The notes under the pieces: generated by a model
What the model was told of the DNA's origin: nothing
What the model saw: the letters and a program-made list of their open reading frames with translations, nothing else
Databases searched by the model: none
Program-made: the position numbers and the translations under genes
Part shown: positions 54,102-63,256 of the stretch, piece by piece
How positions within the stretch are numbered: the stretch's first letter is position 1
Layout: each line of letters opens with the position of its first letter
Assembly: GCA_946536315.1 (NCBI GenBank)
Contig: CAMNEH010000001.1
Span: 592 to 64,591, forward strand
Direction: 5' to 3'
DNA from: an uncultured Clostridia bacterium
Lineage (GTDB): Bacteria > Bacillota > Clostridia > Christensenellales > Aristaeellaceae
Length of the DNA: 64,000 bases

Positions 54102-56282
54102 TTGGGGTGGTTTGACGAACAAATTGAATACAGAAAGAAGTATGAACGGGAGCTTCTCAGCGATTCCCTGGAGAATATCGCCCGGTCTGTCACCGGCCGC
54201 CGCATCGTCAGCGCGTTCAGGGATGACGCGGACGTCAGCGACGCAGTCTCCGCGCTGCTCAAGCATCTCGGCGTGAAGGAGAAGGAAGTCCCCGCCAACA
54301 TCAGCGGGCTGCAGGATAAGCTGGATTATCTGCTCTCCTCCACGGGCATCCTGTACCGTGAGGTCAAGCTGACCAAAGGCTGGCACGCGGACGCGATGGG
54401 CGCCATGATCGCGACGCTCAATGACGGCGCTGTCATCGCGGTGCTGCCCTCCGACCTGGGCGGCTATGAGTATACCGATCCCAAAACCGGCCAGCGCGTC
54501 CGTGTGAATGCCAAGCAGGAGGACAATATCAGCCGTGAAGCGCTGTGCTTCTACCGCCCGCTGCCTTTGCGCGCGCTGACGATCCGGGATCTGCTCAAAT
54601 ACATGTACAGCTGCCTGACGGTCCGCGACCTGGTCAGCTTTGCGCTGGCCGCCCTGGCGATCACGCTGGTCGGCATGCTGATGCCCAAGCTGAACCAGAT
54701 CCTGATCGGGCCGGTGATCTCCTCGGGCAGCGAACGGCTGCTGCTGGCGGTCATGCTGTTCATGCTGTTCGCTTCGATCGGCAGCATTCTGATCGCCATC
54801 ATCCGCGCCCTGCTGCTCAACCGCATCCGCTACAAAATGAATGTGGATGTGAGCGCGGCGACCATGATGCGCATCCTTTCGCTGCCGACGTCGTTCTTCA
54901 AGCTGTATTCCGCCGGCGAGCTGAACCAGTACATCAGCTACATGGACAGCCTCTGCACGACCATTGTGAATTCCGTGTTTTCCACGGCGGTGACCGGCGT
55001 GTTCTCACTGGTGTATCTCGGCCAGATCTCCGCGTTCGCGCCGAGCCTGGTATGGCCCAGCCTGCTGGTCACGCTGCTGACGCTGGGGGTCAGTCTGCTC
55101 TCCGCTTCGGTGCAGATGCGCATCGATTCGGAAAAAATGGTATACAGCGCGAAGGAGCGCGGCTTGGTTTACTCGCTGATCACGGGCATACAGAAAATCC
55201 GCCTGAGCGGCGCAGAAAACCGCGCCTTCAGCAAGTGGTCCCAGACGTATGTCCGCAGCTCTGAGCTGACGTACAATCCGCCGGCCATCATCCGTCTGTC
55301 AGCGGTCATCACCACGGCCATCTCGATGATCGGGACGGCGGTGGTCTATTATGTGTCTGTCCGAAACGGCGTGAGCGTGGCGGATTATTATGCGTTCAAC
55401 TCCGCGTACGCGTATATCTCCTCCGCATTCTCGTCGCTGGCCGCCATGGCGCTGTCCGCGGCGTCCATCCGACCGATCATTAAAATCATCGGGCCGTTCC
55501 TGGCCGCCGTTCCTGAAACCGCGGATGCCCGGGAAACGGTGACGCGTCTGTCCGGCAGCATCGAGCTGTCGCACGTGACCTTCGGGTACGATCCGGAGAG
55601 CAAGCCGCTGTTCGAGGACTTCTGCCTCACCATCCCGGCGCGTCAGTACGTGGCCATCGTCGGCCGGAGCGGCTGCGGCAAGTCCACGCTGGTGCGCCTG
55701 CTGCTGGGCTTTGAAAAACCCTCGCGCGGCGTCATCAACTATGACCGCAAGGACCTGCAGCGCCTGGACCTGCGCTCGCTGCGCCGCCAGATCGGCACGG
55801 TGATGCAGGATGGCCGGCTCTTCTCCGGCAGCATCTTTGACAATATCGTCATCTCCGCGCCGACGCTAAAGCTGGAGGACGCATGGAAGGCGGCGGAAAT
55901 CGCCGGGATCGCGGACGACATCCGCGACATGCCCATGGGCATGAACACCATCCTCCAGGAAGGCGGCGGCACGATCTCCGGCGGTCAGCGCCAGCGGCTG
56001 ATGATCGCCCGCGCGATCGCGCCTAAGCCGAAAATCCTGATTTTCGACGAGGCGACCTCAGCGCTGGACAACATCACGCAGAAGAAGGTCTCAGAGGCGC
56101 TGGACACCATGAAGTGCACCCGCATCATCATTGCGCACCGCCTCTCCACGATCAAAAACTGCGACCGGATCCTGGTGATCGACGGCGGAAAGATCGCGGA
56201 GGATGGCACCTACGAACAGCTGATGGCCAGGAACGGCATCTTTGCTGAGCTGGTCGAGCGTCAGCAGCTGGGTAACAAGTAA
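54102..56282 (+). CDS. partner ABC exporter with degenerate (Cys-less) C39-like N-domain
   Basis: 726 aa. The N-terminal ~150 aa lack the QxxxxCG motif. Walker A GRSGCGKST, signature ISGGQRQRL, ILIFDEATS. Confidence 0.85.
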   Translation: MGWFDEQIEYRKKYERELLSDSLENIARSVTGRRIVSAFRDDADVSDAVSALLKHLGVKEKEVPANISGLQDKLDYLLSSTGILYREVKLTKGWHADAMGAMIATLNDGAVIAVLPSDLGGYEYTDPKTGQRVRVNAKQEDNISREALCFYRPLPLRALTIRDLLKYMYSCLTVRDLVSFALAALAITLVGMLMPKLNQILIGPVISSGSERLLLAVMLFMLFASIGSILIAIIRALLLNRIRYKMNVDVSAATMMRILSLPTSFFKLYSAGELNQYISYMDSLCTTIVNSVFSTAVTGVFSLVYLGQISAFAPSLVWPSLLVTLLTLGVSLLSASVQMRIDSEKMVYSAKERGLVYSLITGIQKIRLSGAENRAFSKWSQTYVRSSELTYNPPAIIRLSAVITTAISMIGTAVVYYVSVRNGVSVADYYAFNSAYAYISSAFSSLAAMALSAASIRPIIKIIGPFLAAVPETADARETVTRLSGSIELSHVTFGYDPESKPLFEDFCLTIPARQYVAIVGRSGCGKSTLVRLLLGFEKPSRGVINYDRKDLQRLDLRSLRRQIGTVMQDGRLFSGSIFDNIVISAPTLKLEDAWKAAEIAGIADDIRDMPMGMNTILQEGGGTISGGQRQRLMIARAIAPKPKILIFDEATSALDNITQKKVSEALDTMKCTRIIIAHRLSTIKNCDRILVIDGGKIAEDGTYEQLMARNGIFAELVERQQLGNK

Positions 56283-56322
56283 CTGGCTGTCCCTTTTGTC
56301 CGAAGTTTTACGATTTCGGGTA

Positions 56323-56352
56323 TTGCATTTCACAGTGTACGCAAGGTATAAT
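56323..56352 (+). promoter_or_regulatory. candidate degV promoter
   Basis: TTGCAT (56323-56328), 18-nt spacer, TATAAT (56347-56352). Confidence 0.55.
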
Positions 56353-56377
56353 AGGCCAGTATGGAGGGAAAAGAGAG

Positions 56378-57241
56378 ATGGCCTTTGCAGTATTTGCGGA
56401 CGGCAGCGCGAATCTGCCGAAGAAGTTTCTGGACGGGATCAGCCTCCTGCCCTGCAGTTTCAGCGTCAACGGGAAAGAAGAAGCCTATGCGGGCGACATC
56501 GACCGGTTTGACGCGCACGCATATTATGAATCCCTGCGCCATGGCACGATCGTGCGCACCAGCCTGCTCAATACGCAGCTCTTTCTTTCGCAGTTCATGC
56601 CCAAGCTGAAGCAGGGGCTGGACGTGATCTATATTTCGATGAGCTCAGGCATCAGCGGGACCTACCACGCGGCGACTGTCGCCGCGCAGGAGCTGATGGA
56701 ACAGTTTCGGAGCCGTTTTGTCCACATCGTGGATTCCAAGGGCTGCGGCTTCGGCAACGGCCTGCTCGCGATTCGCGCCGCGCAGCTCAGCCGGGAGGGG
56801 ATGGACGCGAAGGCGGCCGCGCGCGTGCTGGACGAGGACGTTCCCCATACCTGCCAGTACTTCACCGTGGATGACCTGAATTACCTGAAGAAGACGGGCA
56901 GGGTCAACGGCGTGACCGCCGCCATGGCCACGGTGCTCAATATCAAGCCCATTCTGTATGGCAACAAGGAAGGGCATATCGTTTCCTGCGGGAAGGTGCG
57001 CGGACGGCGCAAGGCCATTGAAAGCCTTGTGCAGAAATACCGGGAAAAGCGTCTGGAGGTGCCCTCTCCGACGGTCTTTATTTCCCACGGCGATTGCCTG
57101 GACGACGCTGAAACCCTCGCGGAGCTGGTCCGCGGTGTGACGCCGGATGCCAATATTCAGATCTGCCAGCATGAGCCGTTCTCCGGCGCGCACGTCGGTC
57201 CCGGCATGCTCGGACTGTTCTTCCACGGAAAAGAAAGATAA
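56378..57241 (+). CDS. DegV family fatty-acid-binding protein
   Basis: 287 aa. ADGSANLP and YISMSSGISGTY are typical DegV motifs. Confidence 0.9.
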   Translation: MAFAVFADGSANLPKKFLDGISLLPCSFSVNGKEEAYAGDIDRFDAHAYYESLRHGTIVRTSLLNTQLFLSQFMPKLKQGLDVIYISMSSGISGTYHAATVAAQELMEQFRSRFVHIVDSKGCGFGNGLLAIRAAQLSREGMDAKAAARVLDEDVPHTCQYFTVDDLNYLKKTGRVNGVTAAMATVLNIKPILYGNKEGHIVSCGKVRGRRKAIESLVQKYREKRLEVPSPTVFISHGDCLDDAETLAELVRGVTPDANIQICQHEPFSGAHVGPGMLGLFFHGKER

Positions 57242-57252
57242 ATTGTTGCCCA

Positions 57253-57299
57253 AACGCCGCAGCCTTTAGCTTGGTTTAAGGTTGCGGCGTTATTCTTTT
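57253..57299 (+). terminator. intrinsic terminator after degV
   Basis: AACGCCGCAGCC (57253-57264) pairs with GGTTGCGGCGTT (57280-57291), with one G-U pair, followed by ATTCTTTT. Confidence 0.65.
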
Positions 57300-57344
57300 G
57301 CCTGGGAAGCGTGAGCGCTTCCGTGCAAAGGAGGGCATTCAACC

Positions 57345-58478
57345 ATGAGCAAAGCAGAAAAGCACCCAGTGCTGCGCCGTTTGTGTATTGATGTGGTCTG
57401 CACGGTGATCGCACTGATCGTCTTCGCACTGTTTCACCACGTGCTGCCCCGGCAGCAGACGTCCATGGGCATCGTCATCGAGAACCCATATAAAACGCCG
57501 TCCGGTACCCACTGGCTGGATAGCTCGCTGGTGCTGGCGGCTTCCGGAAGCAGCGATGTCTCTGCGACCTATACCCAGTCCGCCAGGAGCGGCGGCCGGA
57601 ACAGCGGTGGCCGGAACGGCGGGCGGAATGGCAGCGAAAACGGCAGCAAGGGCGGCAGCGCGCTGACGGAGGAGACGGTGGTCAGCGAAACGGCCGACGA
57701 TACGCCCATCGCGGATAAATTTGCCGACCGGTATACGGACACTGTACAGGTCACGGACAACAGCTACACCAGTCCGGACATCTCGGTCACCGTGACGGAG
57801 GAGACGACCGCTGACGGACGCATCACGTACTACCTGGCGGATATCTATGTCCGGGACATCACCTGCTTCCAGTCCGCCATGGCGAACAATACTTACGGCA
57901 CGGGCTACCGCGACAGCATCAGCCATATGGCGCTGATCAACAACGCGCTGCTGGCCATCAACGGCGATTATTATGGCAATACCAACGAGGGCGTGGTGAT
58001 CCGCAACGGCGTCATCTACCGGGCCAACCGCACCAATTGCGATGTGTGCGTCCTGTACTATGACGGCACGATGCGCGTGATGCCCGGCTCGTCGTTTTCC
58101 GTGGAGGACGCTGTGCGCGACGGCGCCTGGCAGGCATGGACCTTCGGCCCGGCGCTGCTGGACGCGGACGGGAGCGCGCTGTCGGCCTTTTCGAGCACCA
58201 GCCGCATCATTTCCGCGAACCCGCGCACAGCGATCGGGTACTATGAGTCGGGGCATTACTGCATGATCGTGGTGGACGGGCGCGGTGAGTCGGCGGGCAT
58301 CAGCCTGCCTGATCTGAGCCGGCTGTTTGAGGACCTCGGCTGCGTGGCGGCCTATAACCTGGATGGCGGCAACAGCTCCATCATGGTGTGGCAGGACGCG
58401 GTCATCAACAACCCGTCCGGCGGAGGCCGGACCAGCAGCGACGCGCTGCTGATCGCGGAGGTGAACGAGCATGAGTAA
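57345..58478 (+). CDS. phosphodiester glycosidase (NAGPA-like) family protein
   Basis: Has an N-terminal TM anchor and a Gly/Arg/Asn linker. Motifs: AINGDYYG, PRTAIGY, AYNLDGGNSS. Confidence 0.75.
   Translation: MSKAEKHPVLRRLCIDVVCTVIALIVFALFHHVLPRQQTSMGIVIENPYKTPSGTHWLDSSLVLAASGSSDVSATYTQSARSGGRNSGGRNGGRNGSENGSKGGSALTEETVVSETADDTPIADKFADRYTDTVQVTDNSYTSPDISVTVTEETTADGRITYYLADIYVRDITCFQSAMANNTYGTGYRDSISHMALINNALLAINGDYYGNTNEGVVIRNGVIYRANRTNCDVCVLYYDGTMRVMPGSSFSVEDAVRDGAWQAWTFGPALLDADGSALSAFSSTSRIISANPRTAIGYYESGHYCMIVVDGRGESAGISLPDLSRLFEDLGCVAAYNLDGGNSSIMVWQDAVINNPSGGGRTSSDALLIAEVNEHE
57591..57659 (+). repeat. short in-frame low-complexity repeat (GGRN units)
   Basis: Encodes GGRNSGGRNGGRNGSENGSKGGS within the linker of the glycosidase-like protein. 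Confidence 0.6.
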
Positions 58479-58665
58479 GCTGAAAGCGCTGCTGAGCCAC
58501 CTGACAGTCATCCTGTCGCTGATGTTTCTGACCTTTCTGGTGCTGGACCAGTTCAACCCAATGATGAATTTTGTCGATCACCCGATTTCCTGCGGCCTGC
58601 TCACGGCGCTGTGCGTATGCGGCATCGCCCGGAGCGTGATACTGTATCAGGAGAAAAAAGAATGA
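58471..58665 (+). CDS. small membrane protein (hypothetical)
   Basis: 64 aa with two hydrophobic helices. Start and stop both overlap neighbouring genes (ATGA junctions), consistent with translational coupling. Confidence 0.4.
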   Translation: MSKLKALLSHLTVILSLMFLTFLVLDQFNPMMNFVDHPISCGLLTALCVCGIARSVILYQEKKE

Positions 58666-60326
58666 GGAAACATCATTTCGGGCGGGCGGTTGCCCTGCTG
58701 GTGTCGCTGGCCATTCTGTCGGCGTTCCCCGCGCGGCCGGCAGCCGCGACCGCGGAGACAGTCGACGTGACGACTCTCTACAAGGCCAGGGACGTGGACG
58801 CGTCCTGGAGCCCTGCCAAGGCGGAAGTCATTGACCTGAGCGCGCTGTCCCCGACGACGCTGACCATCTCAGCCGCGGGAGACTATGTTCTCTCCGGCGT
58901 ATGGCAGGGCCAGGTGATCATCGAAGCGGGGAAGGATGACAAGGTCAGGCTGATCCTGAACGGCGTTTCCATCACCAGTCCGCAGGGGCCGGCGATCTAT
59001 GAAAAACAGGCGGACAAGCTGATCGTCACCCTCGCCGAGGGGACCTCGAACACGCTGACCGACGGCGCAAAGGTGCAGGACGGCGACGATGAGATCGGCG
59101 CCGCGCTGTACGCGGAGGATGACCTGTCCATCAACGGCGCCGGCGAGCTGACCGCGCACGGCACGGCGAAGCACGGCATACAGAGCAAGGCCGATTTGGT
59201 CCTTGCGGGCGGCCGTGTGACCATCGACGCGGTAAACGACGGGCTGCGCGGACGGAATTCGGTGCTTGTCCTGGACGGGGAGCTGCGCGTGACGGCCGGT
59301 GGGGATGGCATTGTCAGTACCCGAGAGGACGCGGAAGGGAAAGGCTGGGTGGTCATCAGCGGCGGGAACGTGACAGTGCAGACGGGCGACGGCGCGGGGG
59401 AAATGCAGGCGCGTTCCTCCGGTAAGAACGGCGGCTGGGGCCGCGGCTGGACGGAACCTGTCCGCCAGACCGGCGACAATGCTGTCTCACAGAAGGGCAT
59501 CAAGGCGGCGACGGACCTGACGGTGCTGGACGGTACGCTGGCGCTCGACTGCGCCGACGACGGCCTGCACGCGGCGAATGTCACCGTCAGCGGCGGCAGC
59601 CTGAGCGTCCGCAGCGGTGACGATGGACTGCACGCGGACGCGTCGATGCGGGTAGACGGCGGCGTGATCGATATTTCGCAGTGCTATGAGGGTGTCGAGG
59701 GCACGGATGTGACCATCGCCGGGGGCAGCCTGCGGATCGTCGCGTCAGACGACGCGGTGAACGCTGCGGGTGGCAATGATCAGTCTGGCTTCGGCGGACG
59801 CGGCAACGATCGTTTCTCGCGGGGCGACAGCGCCATGCTGGCCATTTCAGGCGGCACGCTCACGGCCATCGCGGGCGGGGACGCGCTGGACAGCAACGGC
59901 AGCATCCTGATCACCGGCGGCGTCACCGGGGTATGGGCGGCGAGCCGGACCGGCGAGGGCGCGATCGATTTCAACGGGTCGGGGACGGTCAGCGGCGGCA
60001 CGCTGCTGGTCGCCAGCACGGGCGGCGTGATGCAGGATACGGCGCAGCTGACCGGCCAGAGCATACTGAGCGTATCCGTTCAGGGGGAGCAGGGGCCGAT
60101 CACGCTGCTGAACGGCGACGGTGACACGCTCGCTGTCTTTGATCCTGAAAACGCGTATGATACGGTGCTGATCTCATCGGACCGGCTGGCGGATGGCGAC
60201 GCGCTGACGCTCCTCTCGGGCGAAGCGCAGGTCTTCGCAGGCACAATGAGCCACTCATTGAGCGGCGGGGGGAACCAGGGCTTTGGCAATCAGGGGTTTG
60301 GCGGAGGCGGCCGCCGGCGCAGGTGA
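58662..60326 (+). CDS. secreted beta-helix carbohydrate-binding protein (Cthe_2159-like, from memory)
   Basis: ATG at 58662 with a signal peptide (AVALLVSLAILSAFPARPAAA). Has repetitive G/D/A-rich beta-helix-like turns (DDGLHA, GDDGLHAD, SDDAVNA) and a Gly-rich tail ending GGGGRRRR. Confidence 0.6.
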   Translation: MRKHHFGRAVALLVSLAILSAFPARPAAATAETVDVTTLYKARDVDASWSPAKAEVIDLSALSPTTLTISAAGDYVLSGVWQGQVIIEAGKDDKVRLILNGVSITSPQGPAIYEKQADKLIVTLAEGTSNTLTDGAKVQDGDDEIGAALYAEDDLSINGAGELTAHGTAKHGIQSKADLVLAGGRVTIDAVNDGLRGRNSVLVLDGELRVTAGGDGIVSTREDAEGKGWVVISGGNVTVQTGDGAGEMQARSSGKNGGWGRGWTEPVRQTGDNAVSQKGIKAATDLTVLDGTLALDCADDGLHAANVTVSGGSLSVRSGDDGLHADASMRVDGGVIDISQCYEGVEGTDVTIAGGSLRIVASDDAVNAAGGNDQSGFGGRGNDRFSRGDSAMLAISGGTLTAIAGGDALDSNGSILITGGVTGVWAASRTGEGAIDFNGSGTVSGGTLLVASTGGVMQDTAQLTGQSILSVSVQGEQGPITLLNGDGDTLAVFDPENAYDTVLISSDRLADGDALTLLSGEAQVFAGTMSHSLSGGGNQGFGNQGFGGGGRRRR

Positions 60327-60344
60327 GCGGAGGAGGATGCACGG

Positions 60345-61019
60345 ATGAAGCTGCTGTTTGCGGAAGACGACCGGGACCTTGCAGCGGCAGTGACCGCTTT
60401 GCTGGAGCGGTCCGGGTATGCCGTGGATACGGTCGGGGACGGCCAGAGCGCGGTGAACTATGCGGAGGACGGTCACTATGACGGCATCATCCTGGACTGG
60501 ATGATGCCGGAAATGGACGGCGTCACCGCCCTGCGGACGCTTCGCGCCCGGGGCGTCGCCGTGCCCTGCATGCTGCTGACCGCGCGGGACGCGGTGGAGG
60601 ACAGGGTGTCCGGGCTGGACGCGGGGGCGGATGATTATCTGCCCAAGCCATTCAATGCCAGCGAGCTCCTCGCCCGCGTCCGGGCCATGCTCCGGCGGCG
60701 GGAGGCCTATGTACCGGACGTAGTGACCTTTGAAGACCTCAGTCTGGACAAGGGCAGCTGCGAACTGAGCTGTGACGGAAAGACGATGCGTCTGACCGGG
60801 AAAAGCTATCAGCTGCTGGCGCTGATGATGGAGAATCCGCATTTGCTGTTTTCCGTTCAGCAGCTGATGGAACGCGTGTGGGGCTGGGATTCTGAAGCGG
60901 AAATCAATGTGGTCTGGGTCAATATATCGCAGCTGCGCAAGCGGCTGGCAGAGCTCGGTACACGGGCGGAAATCCGGGTACACCGCGGCAGCGGTTACTC
61001 GCTGGAGAAAAAGGAATGA
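60345..61019 (+). CDS. OmpR-family response regulator
   Basis: Receiver domain (LFAEDD, IILDWMMPEMDG, LPKPF) plus a winged-helix output domain (RVHRGSGYSL). Confidence 0.9.
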   Translation: MKLLFAEDDRDLAAAVTALLERSGYAVDTVGDGQSAVNYAEDGHYDGIILDWMMPEMDGVTALRTLRARGVAVPCMLLTARDAVEDRVSGLDAGADDYLPKPFNASELLARVRAMLRRREAYVPDVVTFEDLSLDKGSCELSCDGKTMRLTGKSYQLLALMMENPHLLFSVQQLMERVWGWDSEAEINVVWVNISQLRKRLAELGTRAEIRVHRGSGYSLEKKE

Positions 61020-62260
61020 TCAGGAAGCTGAAACGCCGCTTTATCCGGATCGCCGTGATCGCGCTCTCGGTGGCGATGGTGCTGGTGACCGGCATCGTGA
61101 ATCTGGTCAACTGGCTCAGTGTGCGCGCGGAGCTTCAGGGTACGGCTGAGTTCCTGGCTGAATCGTCGCAGGCGGATATGAAGGCGGGCCTGGGTCTCCG
61201 GCTGAAAGGAAAGAGCAAGCACACCCGCAACCTGATCAGCCAATCGAGCTGGTTCGGCGCGTATGTCAGCCCCGGCGGTGAGGTGCAGCTGTATGACCTG
61301 GAGGAAGCCGTGGATCCCGATGAAGAGGCCGCTGCCGTCCTGGTGGGTCAGGCGGTGAGCGCAGGCCGGGACAGCGGCTTTCTGCCGGATTACCTGTATA
61401 TCGTGCAGTACCAGAAGTCGGGCGGAAGAACCGTCACCCTGCTGAACGTCGAAACGTCGATGGCGGCTGTGCGATCGCTGGCGCTGATCTCAGCGGCCGC
61501 GTGCCTGGGCGGCATCGCGCTGGCCTGCCTGATCATGACGCTGGCCAGCCGGAAGGCCATCGCTCCGACGCTGCGGAATATGGAGCAGCAGAAACGCTTT
61601 ATCACCGACGCGAGTCACGAGCTCAAGACGCCGCTGACGGTGATCTCTACCAATATGGAGCTGCTGCAGATGGAGTCGCCGGGCAATCAGTGGGTCGCGA
61701 GCACACAAAAACAGGCCGCCATGATGCGGCGGCTGGTGGATGAGCTGGTCTATCTTTCACGGATGGAGGAGGAGGGAGCCCCCCTGCGGATGGAGACGCT
61801 TTCCCTCGGCGCGCTGCTCAGGGAGACAGCGGAGCCGTTCGAAGCGATGGCCGAGTTTTCCGGCCGCGAGCTGACCGTGCGCGCGGACGATACGGTCAAA
61901 ATCACCGGCGACCGCGCGTCCGTGCAGCGTCTGATCTCTGTGCTGTGTGACAATGCCATGAAGTACGCGGCAGGGGACGGCGCGGTCATCGCTGAAGCGA
62001 AGGCGGAAGGCCGTTACGCGCTGCTGACCGTTTCCAACGAGGTGGCTGAGCCATTGACCAGGGAGCAGTGCGATCAGCTGTTCCATCGCTTTTACCGCGC
62101 GGACGCTTCGCGCAGCAAGGACAAACGGTCCGGCTTTGGGATCGGGCTGGCCATCGCGTCGGCCATCATCGAAAAGCATGGCGCTGCGATCTCCGCGCGG
62201 ATGGCGGACGATGGCCGCCTGGTGTTTACCTGCCGCTTTGCCCGCGCGGCCGACAGGTAA
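61016..62260 (+). CDS. sensor histidine kinase
   Basis: Two TM helices, HisKA H-box ITDASHELKTPLTVI, N-box CDNAMKY, G-box GFGIGLAI. The start overlaps the response-regulator stop. Confidence 0.9.
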   Translation: MIRKLKRRFIRIAVIALSVAMVLVTGIVNLVNWLSVRAELQGTAEFLAESSQADMKAGLGLRLKGKSKHTRNLISQSSWFGAYVSPGGEVQLYDLEEAVDPDEEAAAVLVGQAVSAGRDSGFLPDYLYIVQYQKSGGRTVTLLNVETSMAAVRSLALISAAACLGGIALACLIMTLASRKAIAPTLRNMEQQKRFITDASHELKTPLTVISTNMELLQMESPGNQWVASTQKQAAMMRRLVDELVYLSRMEEEGAPLRMETLSLGALLRETAEPFEAMAEFSGRELTVRADDTVKITGDRASVQRLISVLCDNAMKYAAGDGAVIAEAKAEGRYALLTVSNEVAEPLTREQCDQLFHRFYRADASRSKDKRSGFGIGLAIASAIIEKHGAAISARMADDGRLVFTCRFARAADR

Positions 62261-62317
62261 ACCGAATATTTGATGGGTAAACCGGATCAATTGGGCGGAC
62301 ATTGTCTCCGGCAGAGG

Positions 62318-63256
62318 TTACTGAAGCGCCTTTCGCCAGGCTTCAAGCTCTTCCCTACTGGCCAGCACGCTGTGTCCGGGCTCCACCTCGGTCAGCTGCG
62401 GCTGTTCCTGGCCGTAATGGTGTACTGATGGATCGTAGGGAGTGGTCACGCGGTCGCGCTCCGTGAGCGGGTCCGGCTGAGGAATGGCCGAAATCAGGGC
62501 CTTCGTATACGGGTGCAGCGGATGGCGGAAGATGGTTTCCGTATCGCCCAGCTCAACGATCTGGCCCTTGTAGATGACCCCGAGACGGTTGGTAATGAAT
62601 CGCATGATGGACAAGTCGTGCGCGATGAACAGATAGGTCAGCCCGTACTGCTGCTGCAGCGACATCAGCAGGTTGAGCACCTGGGCCCGGATGGAAACAT
62701 CCAGCGCGGAAATGGGTTCATCCGCGATGACCAGCTCAGGGTTCATGATGAGCGTGCGCGCAATGCCGATCCGCTGGCGCTGGCCGCCGGAAAACTCGTG
62801 CGGAAACCGGCTGGCAAATTCCGGGGGAAGGCCCACGTCCAGCATGGCTTTGCGGACCTTTTCACGGCGCTCCTCCTCCGTGGAGAAGCCTTTGATGTTG
62901 TACAGCCCTTCGGATACGATGTAATCGACCTTCGCGCGCTCGTTGAGCGAGGCCATCGGGTCCTGGAAGATCATCTGAATATTCCGGATGACCTTTCGCT
63001 GGGTCTCCGGGCGGATACGCCCGCTGATCTTTTCTCCGCGGTAAAGGATTTCGCCCTGGCTGACCGGATTGATGCGGATGATGGCGCGGCCGATGGTCGT
63101 TTTACCGGATCCGGATTCTCCGACCAGGCCAAACGTTTCACCCTGATAAATATCGAAGCTGACGCCGCGAATGGCTTCAAACCGTTTGCGGCCCTTGCCG
63201 AATACAACGTGTATATCCCGGACCTCCAGCAGCTTTTCCCTTGATTGTTCAGACAC
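62318..63256 (-). CDS. oligopeptide/dipeptide ABC transporter ATP-binding protein (OppF/DppF type)
   Basis: Walker A GESGSGKTT, signature FSGGQRQRIGIA, ADEPISALD, and the C-terminal Opp-type extension. Confidence 0.85.
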   Translation of the reverse strand: MSEQSREKLLEVRDIHVVFGKGRKRFEAIRGVSFDIYQGETFGLVGESGSGKTTIGRAIIRINPVSQGEILYRGEKISGRIRPETQRKVIRNIQMIFQDPMASLNERAKVDYIVSEGLYNIKGFSTEEERREKVRKAMLDVGLPPEFASRFPHEFSGGQRQRIGIARTLIMNPELVIADEPISALDVSIRAQVLNLLMSLQQQYGLTYLFIAHDLSIMRFITNRLGVIYKGQIVELGDTETIFRHPLHPYTKALISAIPQPDPLTERDRVTTPYDPSVHHYGQEQPQLTEVEPGHSVLASREELEAWRKALQ

